From the NCBI GenBank assembly GCA_965240325.2, contig OZ251227.1:558001-622000 (forward strand): a stretch of DNA of 64,000 nucleotides. Reading direction: 5' to 3'. The DNA comes from Rebecca billardiae RCC1528 (taxonomy: Eukaryota; Protista; Haptophyta). Within the stretch, counting starts at the first letter, position 1; the number at the start of each line of letters is the position of its first letter. Both the position numbers and the translations under genes were made by a program. Below are positions 24,085 to 36,269 of the stretch, in pieces. The notes under the pieces are model-generated. The model was not told where the DNA came from. It did no database searches and worked only from the letters and a program-made list of their open reading frames with translations.

Positions 24085-26229
24085 TAAGCCTTTTCGTCGC
24101 CGCGGCGCTCCCCCAGTGGGAAAAATGATTTTCCGTGGTTTTCACGATGGCTGCCGAACCACCTGGTTCGGCCGGCGGACGCCTCTCGACGGGACTTCGC
24201 TCGCTCGCGAAAAGTCGTCGTCGACGGTGTGGTGCGAGTCGCGCGACGGCCCGTGCGCGACGAGGAGTGCGCCGCGCGTCGTGCGCGCTTACCACAAGCC
24301 CCGCCCCTCCACCCCGCCCAAATCGCCCACGCAGAGTGCCACCTCTCTCGACTCGCTCAGGTCACATGCCCGCCTCGGGCACGGACGGGCTTGCTCAAAC
24401 ACGGTGCACGACTTTGGGCAGGCGGGGCTTGTGAACCTAATAAGTCATTGTCGGGCGCCGCGCGGCGTGGTGGGCGGGGTGGTCATGGTTTACACGGTCC
24501 CACCTGGCCGATACGTGTTGCGCTTTTCTCATTGTGTGAGCTGGCCACGATGCCCGGCGGCACGTCCTCGGTCGTGCCCGCTGGCAGCTGCTCCCGCGAC
24601 CCGCGCGCACAGCTGCGTGTGATTCATCGCGCGGACATCGGCGCGACCGCGTGTCTGGCGCATGCATACACCAGTGGGTCTCTCTGCAGGGCCGTTGCGT
24701 TCCGGTACGGCCACCCGCTGGCGCAGCAGGGCCGCTTTTCAGGTGCCGATGGCTTCCGATCGGCACGGCGCGAGCGACTCCCCACGACTTTGGGCAGCCC
24801 TTGCCGACGAAGCCAATACGAGTGTACCTGACCGCGCGCGCGCTGATGATAGCGGGTGTGATGCTGCACGGCGTCGCAGCGGGCTGCCACGCCTGGAGCA
24901 TCCTGCGGCACGTTCCAACCGGATGCGCGCGCTGCGGCATGCGCTCACGTGTGCGCGAGCACGCCCACCACACCTGCCTGCGCGACGCGCGCGCAGGCGA
25001 TACCGATGCTTCCAGTGGGCAAGGGGGCGATCGTGTGGACGCGGCAAGATGGCTGTGCCTACGAGCCTCTCGTGGCGGCCACGATACATCCGTTTGGCAG
25101 ACCGTCGAGCAGCAGTGTGATCGCAGCAGGTGCTTTGCGTTTGCTCGGTGACGACGCAGTACGACCGCCAATCTGAGCTCAAGCACTGCTGTGGTCGACG
25201 AGCTGCGCGGCGAAGCGTGCGCGCGAGCCACGCGTGTGCTTGCATTGGCCTGTGACTCAACGACTTCGAGCGGGTGGCTTGGAACGCGCTTTCTGTATCC
25301 GCTGCGGCCACGCGCAGGTCGGCGCATCGCTTTGGGGCGCGAGGAGCCGTGATCTCGACAGACAAGCGAGCTGCCTGCCCACTGCACGCCCGCGCTCGCC
25401 AACGGCTGCTGCCGCTCACCAGCCCGGCCAGTTGGCAGTTCGGGCGGTAAGACCAGCCACTTGCCGCGCGTGGCCCATCATCGGCCGCCGCCCGTCTCAT
25501 CAGCACCGCGTGGCCGCTCATCCGGTGCCGCGAGGCCCGGTGCCAGGCCGGTGCCGGCCCGGAGGCCGGATACGTCAGCAGCGCCGGCTCGTCCGATGAC
25601 TCACCGCTCGACGCCGACTGACAGTCACTCTACTGCTGGCGCTAGTCTCCTATCAGCAGTCGTCGTCCATCCGCTATATCTCATCATCAACCGGCCGCCG
25701 CGGCCGATTCACTCGTCATCTGCTGTGTCGTCCGCCGCGGCGTCACTTCTCGGCTGCGATCCGTCGGACGTCGTCGTCGTGACGGCGGCTGACTCAGACA
25801 TATATATATATATCCCGGAGCGCGCGCGCGGCGCGCGACCCGATATGCGCGGATCGCCGGCGGCCGGCGGCGAGGCCGGCGGCGGGGCCGCGGCTCGGCC
25901 GCGCCACGCGCCCGCGCCGTATATCATCAGGGTCGTACGATGCGACATATGAGCCCCCAGCACGGCGCGCCGGCCTCGACGACCGTATGTGATGGGCTGC
26001 TCATTGTCTGTTCCACGTCCAGCTGCGCGACTCGTATGATGCGCGCCGGTCGCGGCCCACCCGAACGGCCGCGATGACGCTCCGGGCCGTCCGAGCCATC
26101 AGACTCCGAGAGTATAGTCGGTGGCACGGCATCCGCCTGCCGGCGCGCGCGGTATACCCATATCAGTCTTCCCGGTGCGACTGCTGCTCCCTCTGCGGCA
26201 GTCGCCTGGATCGATCATCGGGGCCGCCG

Positions 26230-26780
26230 CGCGCCGCCGCCCACGCTGCGCGGCGTGCAGCTGCACTCGCCGCCACGCGCCGGGCTCAGCGCCGCGCGTC
26301 AGCGTTCGCCGCCGATGCCCACGCTGCGTGAAGAGCGCCTCGCACGGCTGTGGCGGCGCGGGCCGAGCCGCGCACGCGCACGCTCGCTCGGCCGCCGCCC
26401 ACGCTCTGCGGCGTGCAGCACTCGGCGCCGCCGCGCGCCGGGCTCGGCGCCGCGCGTCAGCATTCGCCGCCCAAAGGACTTGAACACACGCCCAACCGAT
26501 GCCGATGGTTGAATCCATCCCTAGGACACCCTCGCCAGCGTCCGATCCCGGCCACGAGCTAGCGTGCCACCGAGCAGCGTCGCAGCCGCGCGGCGCGCGG
26601 CTCGGCCGCCCGCCCCACCCTGGCGCTGCTGCGAGCTCGCAGGCCCATCGCTGTAGGCTCGAGCGGAGCCCTCCGGCGCCGAGGCCTTGCATACACGCCC
26701 AGACGATGCCGATGCTTGCAAACATTCCTCCGACGCACTCGCCGGCGGCCGATCGCGGCCGTGAGCCAGCGTGCCACCGG
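26230..26780. repeat. Two pairs of diverged local duplications
   Basis: About 26234 vs 26393 and about 26486 vs 26693 are recognisably homologous ~85-bp blocks. Confidence 0.55.
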
Positions 26781-27401
26781 CACGCTTGACGAGTGCGTCA
26801 CGGCCGTCGACAAGCACCAGTGCCCACTGCTCAGCATGCCGACATCCGTAGACCCAGATGCACTCCAGAAGAGATACGCTCGGGGCGTCACGATAAGCAT
26901 AGATACCACTGGGACTGATCCCCACCCATCTAGCTCCATCCTGCGCTTGCTAAGCCCTCGGAAGTGGTTGCACGCGCCTCGCGTGCAACATGTCGACCGC
27001 GAGTCGCAATCGCGCCTTGCGCACGGCGCCCAAGGACGGCTAAGACGGCGACGAGGTGGGTCTGGGCGGGCTTCCTCCGCCTGCCGGGACCCGTGCGCCT
27101 TGCCCCCGCGCACGAGCGCCGGCCGGCGACCGCTCACGTGGCCGTCAGAATTTTTCCGCGGCGGTCGCCGTGCGGGGACGGGTTATCCGCAATCGCCATC
27201 GTTCCGGTGCCACTGTGGATGGCGCTTATTAACTACGGACGCCTAGTATTAGTTCCTCAACGTATAGTCATCAGCATAAGCCACTCGTCCGAGGCGGGCT
27301 CCGCGTGCGGTCGGTGGTGGCATCAGCAGCAGGCAGTATTCATCAGCACTAGCCACTAGCATACGAAGTATTCGTATGCTTCGTTCGTCTGCTAGTCAGA
27401 G

Positions 27402-28838
27402 TCAGCACCGGGTTAAGCACCCGGTACGCTCGACGTACGCAAAGACCTTGATGCCAAATGGCATCTTCCAGTTCAAGCCCGGCCTGTCCAGCTGGTCGAG
27501 CTCATCCAGCACACCTGTCGAGCCTGGACTCGCGCCAACTCTTCGGCGGATGCAATCGAGCGTCTCACGCCACGCGCGCGCGCACTCGGCGCGAGCGCTC
27601 GCATTCACGACGGGGCGAGTGCCGCCCGCGACCTCCACACCGTGGGCCAGAGGGCGCGAGGCCAGGTCCCTGAGAGCGTTGGCAAACCATCCGTAATTGC
27701 GCACCGCTGATGCTTTTGGCATGATGGGCAGAGGCTCGACCGAGGCACTGCTCTCACCGCCCGGCTCTCTCGCCTCGGGGGCACCAGAGCTCGTCCTCGC
27801 AGCGCTGCCAGCGGGGGCCACGCACGCGGGCGCGAGTGACCAGTGCCGCAGCCACGGCTTGCCCACCTCGTGCACCACGCCGTATGTTGTGGGCTCAGGC
27901 CCGCTAGGTAGCTCTCTGAGCTCGATCCCGAACGGGTACGCCCGGCGAACGCGGTACATGTACAGGTACAGTCCCTCCTCCATCGGCGCGCCGCCAAAGG
28001 TCCACAGGTTCGCGCCTTGCGCCGTGACGTTGCTCAGCACCCAGTTGGCATGCTTCACTCCGTGCCGCGTCCAGAGCACGTCGGAGGGAGGGAGCACGTC
28101 GCGAGGACGCCCGCTGAGGCCCCAGCCATGAGTCGCGTTGAAGAGCTGGTCTGCACGCGCGAGCAGCGCCACGCCCTCGTCGTACAGCTGCAGCGACGTG
28201 CGCACGATGAAGAAGCCCCCCCACAGCGGTGCTGTGCCCATCGGCAGCGTCGCGAGATGCGCGCCCACCGTGCGCATGCGGCCTAGCGCCTGCAGCCAGT
28301 CGGAGGCGGCCTCGCGCGCGTACATGCGGACGGGGTCAGGGAACGGGTTCGTGTCCAGGTCGATCACTGCGGCGAATTCCGCGTGCACCAGCGACACAGC
28401 CACCCATTTGAGCAGGGTTGGGGATGCCGCCCGCCGCCGCTTGCGCCGCTTGCTCCGGTGCAGAAGCTTGCCCGAGCGGTCGTACGAGGCCGGAGTGACG
28501 GCTTGGGTGGCGACGAGCGCTTCCGGCAAGGTCGCATGATGACGTAGAATCACGCCTCGGGCGACAGGCCACTCGACCGCGCCGTCAGAAGCTTCCCGCC
28601 CGACCACTCCCATGTCATCGCCTGCGGAGTCTGCGGCCGTGCAGCCGGAGAAGACGTCCACGGCCACCTGGCTCCGGCCCCCTCCTGGGCCCGCCTGACG
28701 GGCGATGGCAGCACCCAGGTCAGCGGCGCGCTGGGTCCACAAGCGTATCGCGCACGTGTGGTCCTGCAGGTCGCACTGCGGGTAGTCGGCCAGCAGTACC
28801 AGCGTAAGGACGAAGCGTCGCGCGGAGTCCGACGCCAT
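27402..28838 (-). CDS. GT-A glycosyltransferase, GT8/glycogenin-like
   Basis: TLLKW..SL, VIDLDT (DxD), PLWGGFFIV..S..LY, H..GKPW. Confidence 0.6.
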   Translation of the reverse strand: MASDSARRFVLTLVLLADYPQCDLQDHTCAIRLWTQRAADLGAAIARQAGPGGGRSQVAVDVFSGCTAADSAGDDMGVVGREASDGAVEWPVARGVILRHHATLPEALVATQAVTPASYDRSGKLLHRSKRRKRRRAASPTLLKWVAVSLVHAEFAAVIDLDTNPFPDPVRMYAREAASDWLQALGRMRTVGAHLATLPMGTAPLWGGFFIVRTSLQLYDEGVALLARADQLFNATHGWGLSGRPRDVLPPSDVLWTRHGVKHANWVLSNVTAQGANLWTFGGAPMEEGLYLYMYRVRRAYPFGIELRELPSGPEPTTYGVVHEVGKPWLRHWSLAPACVAPAGSAARTSSGAPEAREPGGESSASVEPLPIMPKASAVRNYGWFANALRDLASRPLAHGVEVAGGTRPVVNASARAECARAWRETLDCIRRRVGASPGSTGVLDELDQLDRPGLNWKMPFGIKVFAYVERTGCLTRC

Positions 28839-28923
28839 CGTCGCAGCAGAGCCAGCAAAGACAGCAAGCACTTTGGATTCGTGTCATTATTCGTTTTATT
28901 TAATCACGCCTTAATAAGCTGTA

Positions 28924-29724
28924 CAGGGTCTCCAACATTAAACTGATGATGGACACTTTGGGCAAGCAGCTCAGCGTACAGTACGGCCTGTGGCTGCCTC
29001 GTGCGGGGTCAGGAGCGGCCAGCCCGGCTCGTGTGCACCCGACTAGGTCTGTCTGCGACCGAGCATAGCCGGGCAGCAGCCCGCGTTGAGCACCCCTCTG
29101 GGTCATGCGGACAGTCGGCACAAGGGTGGTCGTGAGGGCCGTGAAGCAGCCGTGTGGCTTCTTGCGCATGTCTGTAGCCAGCAAGCCCGCTCCAGGCCGC
29201 CCATCTATTATAACGTGGCATGGTCGGTGACTATGCGACATGCGCTCGACAGCCCTGGGCGAGCCCGGGCGTAGCGCTACAGCAGGAGCATATACGGCCC
29301 GATCGGTCGCCTACCAGTTGCACACCTCTCTTGCACAGCTGCTGCACAGCCAGTCGATCGGCTCTGGCCGTGCAGGCAAGGGCTACACTCGGCGCCACTG
29401 CCCGCAGCGAACTCTGGAGGCCCACCAGTGCGCACACCAACCCGCCCGCCGTCAAATGCAACCGTGCGCCAGATACGAATTTCAGCATGCATGCCACTCA
29501 CGGGGGCTCCGTGGGCCTGTTCAGAGCCAACCGCTACTGTAGTCGGTTGAGCTCTACATCCAAGCCAGCCCTGGCCACACGCAGAGCGCGCCGCTTGCTG
29601 CAACCACTTCCTGTCGTCATCCGAGGAGTAAGGTCCATGGCGCTAATGAGAACCTCTGGCCCATTTCATCGCCAGCAGCCGTAGTCAGCAAAAATCAGTG
29701 TCTGAACAATTGTTGGGGACCCTG
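28924..29724. mobile_element. 801-bp MITE, Tc1/mariner-type, family B
   Basis: Imperfect TIRs CAGGGTCTCCAACAT / ATTGTTGGGGACCCTG with TA on both sides. Confidence 0.8.
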
Positions 29725-29744
29725 TATGTATACGTATGTACGTG

Positions 29745-29792
29745 ATATCGCCTGCCTGAGCTGTGTGCGTCTCTTATTCTTAGTGAACAGTA
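29745..29792 (+). repeat. Dispersed ~50-bp repeat, copy 2
   Basis: Matches 2577-2628. Confidence 0.85.
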
Positions 29793-30089
29793 ATACTACT
29801 TTATACGTTACGACTGTTACGACAGTCACAGTTACTGCAGTAGGAGCGTGCGGTGATCACCCCGGAGCGTGCGGTGATCATCATGAGGGATGATCACTGA
29901 CCCTGCCACCCACGCCCAGCGACGTCGTGGGTACTGTCGATACGTGTCGAGAGCCAGGTCGCCTCTAGCTGTCATAGAGTCTGGCGAGTGGCTGCGCCGA
30001 GCTACCACTAGTTACTGCCAGCAGCCGCTGCGGGACTCATGTGAGTTGTGACGCCGAGCTGTCAGACTCCTGACAGCGCGGGCTGCTCA

Positions 30090-31400
30090 CCAGAGCAATG
30101 ACAACTGGCGCGAGCATGAACACCGCTGCCGTGGAGCGCTGAGCGCCACTCCTTGGCGGCGCGTGCACCGGAGGCAGAGGCTCAAGCCGCATCGGCGCCC
30201 GCGCGGCCCGCCCCATCCGCGCGCAGTTGCCCAGCGCGGCGCTCTCGTCGCCGCCCGCGTACACGGCGCCATCTGCTGTCGACTGCGCTGTTTGGCGCCG
30301 AGCGCGCAGTCGACGACGGTGCCATCGATTGGCACGCGCAGCAGGCGCAAGGTACTCGCCGCGTGCCAAAGCCCGAGCGCGCCGCTCTCGCTCTTTCTAG
30401 CCCCAAAGGGGTGCGCACTGCCGTCAGCCCAACCACCATGCTTGCACGCGCGCCAACGTGTGTACGCATGACGTGCGCGCCCTCGAGCAGTCGAGCACCT
30501 CGACTCGCGCTGGCACACATGCGCGTGGCGCACGGCCTCGAGCGCCTCGATGCGCGTCGGCGTGCGGGGCTCCTGCTCGTCGCCGTGGCTCAGCTGGCCG
30601 AAGAAGCCCTCGGCTCATGAGTAGACCGCGCTGTTAGTGGAGAGCAGTAGCGTGTGCTGATGGCCCGCCGCAGTCCCGCCGACGCGCACGCGGGCCAGCG
30701 CCGCAATGCGCCGCGCCGCCCACCGGTCCTCGCCATCACCGTGGCCCAGCTGGCCGCCGCAGCTGTTGACCGTTGTGCCGGTGGCACCCCAGCCAGCTGT
30801 ACGCATCCCCAGCCGCAGTGATCGCCACGCTGTGGAAGGTGCGCGAGGCGACGCAGACAGTGCCTTCGGCGGCGACGGCGCCCAGCGGCTCGAACACCTC
30901 GCGGATCAGCGTGTCGCCCAGCCCAAGCTGGCCCCGGGTATTTTCGCTGCACACGTACTGTATGCGGCGCTGGCGTCGCTCAGCGCAAGCAAGGGGTCAC
31001 TGCCAGCGGCCACTGCGCGTACGCGTACGGAGACGAGCGTGGGCACGCGCGTGGGTGTGTGTACGTGCTCTCGCGCGGCGTGTCCCGTTGCCACGTGCCG
31101 CTGGTACCGCCACGCCGTGCCCCCGTCGGAGCCACCCTCGCCGCACATGCGCATCGCGCCGCAGGCTAGCGCAAAGGCTGACCACGCGGAGACGGTGCGC
31201 ACCGCGGCGTGGCCGCCCGCGGCGACGGCGTGCACGCGCACGCGCGCGAGCTCGAGTACGCGCTCGCAAACGAGCAGCTCCGCCGTCCACGCACGGTGCG
31301 CGGTGTTCGGCGTCGCGGGTGTCTGAGCGCGCTCGTGCCCGCGTGCGCATGCGCGCATTCGCAACACGCGCTCATCAACCATGACCATGGAGTGCTCGCC
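30090..31400 (-). pseudogene. RCC1/BLIP-II repeat protein pseudogene (boundaries approximate)
   Basis: RCC1 repeats (GQLGLGD, GQLGHGD, AAGHQHTLLL) are split by frameshifts near 30955 and 30793, and VYS-TGA at 30617-30619 has a stop where Trp is expected. Confidence 0.75.
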
Positions 31401-31814
31401 GACGCACCACGGAAGAGGTGTGTGGCGGAGTTGACGCTGGCAAGGTCGCGTGGTCACTCGATTGTTGCGACGATTCGTGCCACTAGCGCGTCGGGCAGCT
31501 CGGCGAGCGTGCTCGTGGACGCCATCTCCGCGGTGGCGAGCGGCGTGGCACGCCCGGTCCGACCCGGCGGCGGGGTGGGGCGGAGCCACCGCCCTTGGCC
31601 GGAGACTGATGTCACAAGCTTGCACGGGGGTTGGTTCTTGGTACTTCGGCTCTCTTCTCTTCGTCCTCTGAGCAGCGAATCATATCAATTCATCATCAAT
31701 GATTCAATACTTGTAATGAATCCATTTGCTTTTCGTCCAGCAGTGGCAGGATGGCTGCGCGCAGCATTGATTTGCTGCCGTGGAGTGGACTGCCGATGCC
31801 ATGAGCGCATACGT

Positions 31815-33656
31815 ATGCTGCCCTGCCGAGCCACGATCCGAGGAGTGTTTCTCGTCGCGCTCGGTGTGGCCACCCGAAGCAGCGCGGCCGCCGCCATCGG
31901 CCCGTACGCCGGATGCCCACGGGTGACAATCGCGACCCTGCCCCCTCGGCTCGCGGCCCTGGAGCGCTGGATGTGGGAGTGGCGGAGATGCGGCAAAGTC
32001 TTATCGTGCGGCGGCTGTAAGAAGGGGGATTTCCCGCTGAAGCGTGCCGTGCCCTGGGGTCGCCAGCTCACGACGACTCACCCCTTTTACGACGTCGACG
32101 GCAACTCTCTCGCGATGCACGTGTCTTGCATGCCCAGCCTCAACGTGTGGCTTGCTGCTCGTCTCCGCGAGTACGAGCAGGCGCAGCGCAACGCCACCAC
32201 GGCTATGATCGCGAGCGTGCCGCCAGCCTTGGGCAACGGCTCAGCGGCCGTGCCGGACGACGGGGCGCCATCGTCAAGCTTATTGGTGCCACCTGTGCAG
32301 GACGACATAGAGCTGGTGTACATCCCGCTCCCGTTCATCGTCCCGCACAATGAGCATCCATTTCCAGAGCTGCGCAAAAACGATGGCCCTGCCCTGTTCG
32401 AGGAGTACGTCAAGTACATGGAGGCCGAAAAGGCTGCTGATGGCGGCGACAACGACGCGGCCGGCCGCGAAGGCCGTAGGCGAGTGCACTTCATCCTGAA
32501 CCCCCTCACAGACGAAGGCGGGAAGACGGTGCAGCTCGCGCGCGAGCATGGCATTTTGGTCGTTGGCAAAGAGGCCTGCCTCTCAGCCAAAGCTTGCAGC
32601 GCCTTTCGCAGCGCCTTCCGCCCCGTGATCGAGGCGATCGCCACGCAGGGTCTCTACCCCGCAGACGCGCCCGGCGCGCAGAAGGCCAACCCCAGCGCCC
32701 CCAAGCCGCCCATACAGCCAGGGTCGCCCTGGCATCGGCTGGACGTGCAACTCCCCTACCTGTCCTCCTTCTCCATGCATGCGCCCTCCCCTCAAGGCCC
32801 GCCGTCGGACCCAGCCGGTTCGAGACCGAGCGCCCGCCCATGGCCGCGAAGTGGCGGAGGCAGAGAGCTGGAAAGGAGCGGAGCGCACGTGAGCGCAGCG
32901 CCAAAGGTGGAATCCGCTCCGCGTCGCTACCGAGTGGGCTTTCTCGGCAGCTGTGACTTCCTGCGCGGAAACAAGGGCAGGTGCGCGGAGCTGCCGCCAG
33001 CACAGTCGTGCTATCGCCCGGGCGCTGGCTGCGCAAGGAAGGAGGCACGAGCCACGCGGATTGGCTATGGCGCATGCCAGCGCGTCCGGATGTGCGCCGA
33101 GCTTCGGGAGGCGCTCGCTGCAGGCGCGCAGGATGTGAGCCCGCTGCGCTACAGCAACCCCAGCCACCGGCACAAGATGAGCGACATCCACCTCGCAGAC
33201 GCTGAGAACCGCACCGCCGATTTTGACACCATCGCAAACTCCGACTTGTGCCTCCAGCCCTTTGGCGACACACCGCTGCGCAAGTCCTTTCACGACGGCA
33301 TCATGCTGGGCTGCATCCCCGTGCTCTTCGCGCCGTGGGCGCCACACCCCTTCGATGATGTCATCCCATATGGCAGCTTTGCCATCCAACTCAACGTGCA
33401 GGGAGCTATGTCCGGCGAGGCGCCTTTCCTCCAGCAGCTTCGGGCCGTGCCTCAGCACGAGATCGTTGAAAGGCGCGCGGCCATGGCGCTGTGGGCGCGC
33501 CGCCTTCAGTATACTGAAGAGTCCAACATCCAGCACTGCGCCACAGCCCCTGACGCGGTCGACGAGATCCTGCACTCCCTGCGGCGCATCGCACTCGTCA
33601 CGAGACCGACGAGACGCACGACGACGACATCACTTCAGCGCAACAATAATAAGTAG
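31815..33656 (+). CDS. Exostosin-family (GT47) glycosyltransferase (start uncertain)
   Basis: SDLCLQPFGDTPLRKSFHDGIMLGCIPVLF, PFDDVIPY, PDAVD; signal/TM GVFLVALGVA. Confidence 0.82.
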   Translation: MLPCRATIRGVFLVALGVATRSSAAAAIGPYAGCPRVTIATLPPRLAALERWMWEWRRCGKVLSCGGCKKGDFPLKRAVPWGRQLTTTHPFYDVDGNSLAMHVSCMPSLNVWLAARLREYEQAQRNATTAMIASVPPALGNGSAAVPDDGAPSSSLLVPPVQDDIELVYIPLPFIVPHNEHPFPELRKNDGPALFEEYVKYMEAEKAADGGDNDAAGREGRRRVHFILNPLTDEGGKTVQLAREHGILVVGKEACLSAKACSAFRSAFRPVIEAIATQGLYPADAPGAQKANPSAPKPPIQPGSPWHRLDVQLPYLSSFSMHAPSPQGPPSDPAGSRPSARPWPRSGGGRELERSGAHVSAAPKVESAPRRYRVGFLGSCDFLRGNKGRCAELPPAQSCYRPGAGCARKEARATRIGYGACQRVRMCAELREALAAGAQDVSPLRYSNPSHRHKMSDIHLADAENRTADFDTIANSDLCLQPFGDTPLRKSFHDGIMLGCIPVLFAPWAPHPFDDVIPYGSFAIQLNVQGAMSGEAPFLQQLRAVPQHEIVERRAAMALWARRLQYTEESNIQHCATAPDAVDEILHSLRRIALVTRPTRRTTTTSLQRNNNK

Positions 33657-33737
33657 TTATTGTCACGTCCTGAATCAGCGCGGCCCGGGCATGTTATTCA
33701 GAGTCTTTAATATATTATTCTAGCTAGTAGCAGCTAT

Positions 33738-33806
33738 ATATCTATATCTATATCCATATCTATATCTATATCTATATCTATATCTATATCTATATCTATA
33801 TCTATA
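33738..33806. repeat. (TATATC)n microsatellite
   Basis: Direct reading. Confidence 0.95.
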
Positions 33807-33807
33807 G

Positions 33808-34950
33808 TTATGATCGGCTACGCCGATCTTCGGGTAGTAAACAACGAAGTTGAGGGCGCACGGCCCTGGGCATCGCGCGCAGGTGCTTGACGAGCTGGTT
33901 CGGCACCGTGTTGATGCCGAGCTTTACGGTCATACGGTGAGGTGGCTGCCCGACGGGCTCGGGCTCGTGAGGTGAGCGAGCGCGCGCTTCAGCTGCGCGC
34001 GCCTGCGCGCGGCGTCCGGGTGCTCGATGCTTGGCCACGCGCTTGTGGATGCGGGGGCCCGCCTTGCTGATGGTGGGCGAAACGGCGATGCACCGCCGTA
34101 TCTCCGCCGCCCGGCTCACCGACACCGGCAGCACGCGGCTCACGAAGGCGTCGCACGGCATGTGGAAGTCGGCCGCGTGCACGCCCATGAAGTCGGTCAC
34201 CGCGACGTCCTGCGCGGTCAGCGTCCTCGCGGCCGCGGCCGCGTCGGCTGCGCCCGTCACCTTGATCTGCGCCACATGGCGCGCACAGCGGAAGCGGCAG
34301 CCCTTCAAACGTCGCCAGCGCGCCCGCGTCCAGTTCGACGCGCCGCGTGCCGAGATGCCACGCCGATCGCAGCTCGAGCTCGTCGACAAGCGCCTGCTGG
34401 CCGGCGCCGCCCCACCAGTAGGCGTGCTTGGAAAGCCGCAGCAGCTTGAGCTTCGCGGTGACGCACAACTGTTGCGTCTCGGACACGAGCGGCGCGACCG
34501 CCGCGAACCACACCCTCCGCCGCGTCGCCGGCTTCGTGAAGGACGGGTCGTCGTACTCCATCGGCACGCGCGCGTGCGCGCGCGCGCTCCCGCCCTCGTC
34601 TGTGCGCAGGTGCAGCTTCTTGTCGCCGCTCGTGCGCGCCCGTTCGGCATAGCGTACAGTCCATGATGTACAGTCCATGATCAAATTCGAATGTCGCCGC
34701 CACGTCGTCCTCCGGCCGCACAGCCGCCGTCTCGCATCGGCGCCGCCATCGCGCCGCCGATGCCGCGCGCCGCCAGCGGCGCGTCCAGGACGGCGCCCAT
34801 CGCGGCAAAGTCGACGTCCGCGTCGAGCGCGACGGATGCGAGTGCGTCATCGAACCCGCCAGCGCCTTCTCTCGGCTCGGGCGGCGGCCGCGACCGCGGC
34901 GGATCGGGCGGCAGCGAGGCGTCGCCGTCGCCCGCCGGCCGGCGTGTCCA
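33808..34950 (-). pseudogene. Probable degraded or frameshifted hypothetical gene
   Basis: Protein-like segments lie in different minus frames; 15-bp tandem duplication near 34654-34681. Confidence 0.3.
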
Positions 34951-35910
34951 TGCCTAGCGCCTGCGCGCGCGAGCGCGGCGAGGCGGGCGGAGACGGTGCC
35001 GGGCCGGGAGAGAAGGGACGCGCGGCGAGCGTCCACGGGCCGCCTCGGCAAGCCGATGTCCGCGCGTACCGGGGGCGCCCTGGGCGCCGCGAGGCGGGCG
35101 CGCGAGGCAGGCGAGCGTCTGCCTCGCCTCGCACTGGCGCGATCTGCCTCGCCTGACACGAAGTCGCTCGAGCGGCCTCTGCCCGCGTACACCCATTTTC
35201 GAAGAGAAGTAGAGAACTCTTATGACTTATTAGTCAATAGAGGAGAATCCAGAAGGGTCGTACGTGAAGCGGTAGAAATTCTAGGCCCGGCCATCATTGT
35301 TGATGAGCGAATTCAGGCCTCATCAACAAATGATCATACTGTATGGGTCGAGAGCGAGATGTTCGCCTTCACGCTGTGTCGTTCATCTGAAATACAAGAA
35401 TTGGATTGCCACCGAACCAAATGTTTGGTTCGCTTTATGCAGAATCTCGTTTCAGTTGAATGGCGGGCGATCGTCTTTCGTTGAAACGGTGTTTTTGAAG
35501 CGCAGTTCTCTTAAGAGGAGAGGGATGCGTCTAATTCTAAAACGCTGTTTTTCAGAAGCGCGTGAATCAAAGCCGACCGAACCTCTCGTTTCTATGGTTG
35601 GCGAGCTGTTTCAGGCTCTTACAATTCAGGCATCTTACTATGACGGAATGTTCGAACACACGGCTGGTGTTATGTGCTCTTCCAGCCTGCATTCCCCTAA
35701 GTGTTACTATCGTTAAAATTAGCATCCACTACAAACGCAATCATTGGCAGCGCGATATCCACTCATACGCTAGGCCACCTACCGAAACAAACCCAAAATC
35801 CTGCGCGCATCCTCTTTTTGATTTTGCGTCGGAGCACGTGCGCCGCCCCCCCCCCCGGCTTTCGCTCACGCTCAGACCTTTCGGGGGGGGGGCGTGCGCC
35901 ATAATATAGA

Positions 35911-35958
35911 TACAGTTTACTAAGAATAAGAGACGCACACAGCTCAGGCAGGCGAGAT
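35911..35958 (-). repeat. Dispersed ~50-bp repeat, copy 3
   Basis: Reverse complement of 2577-2628. Confidence 0.85.
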
Positions 35959-36269
35959 TGACGCCCGCCAACTGTCACCGCCCATGAAGCCGTCGCCGAT
36001 GGTAGCGCCGCCGGAAAAATTCGTTCAGCCGTCCGCCTGCGAGGCCTGGATGAGGGCTGCGGCCGCCTCGCGGCGCGCCAGCGCCCGTCGTCCTCGCCCC
36101 ACCGTCGTCCACAAAACGTCGTCGTCCGAACTCGCCGACTGGGCGCCGATGCAACAGCGCGCCGACAGGATGAGGATGTAGTAAGGAACGTGGCGCCCCA
36201 CTGTCGGTTGGGGAAGGCGTGTATCAAGCGGCATGACTGGGGTAGCTTATCACACAGAAGGCCTGGCCC

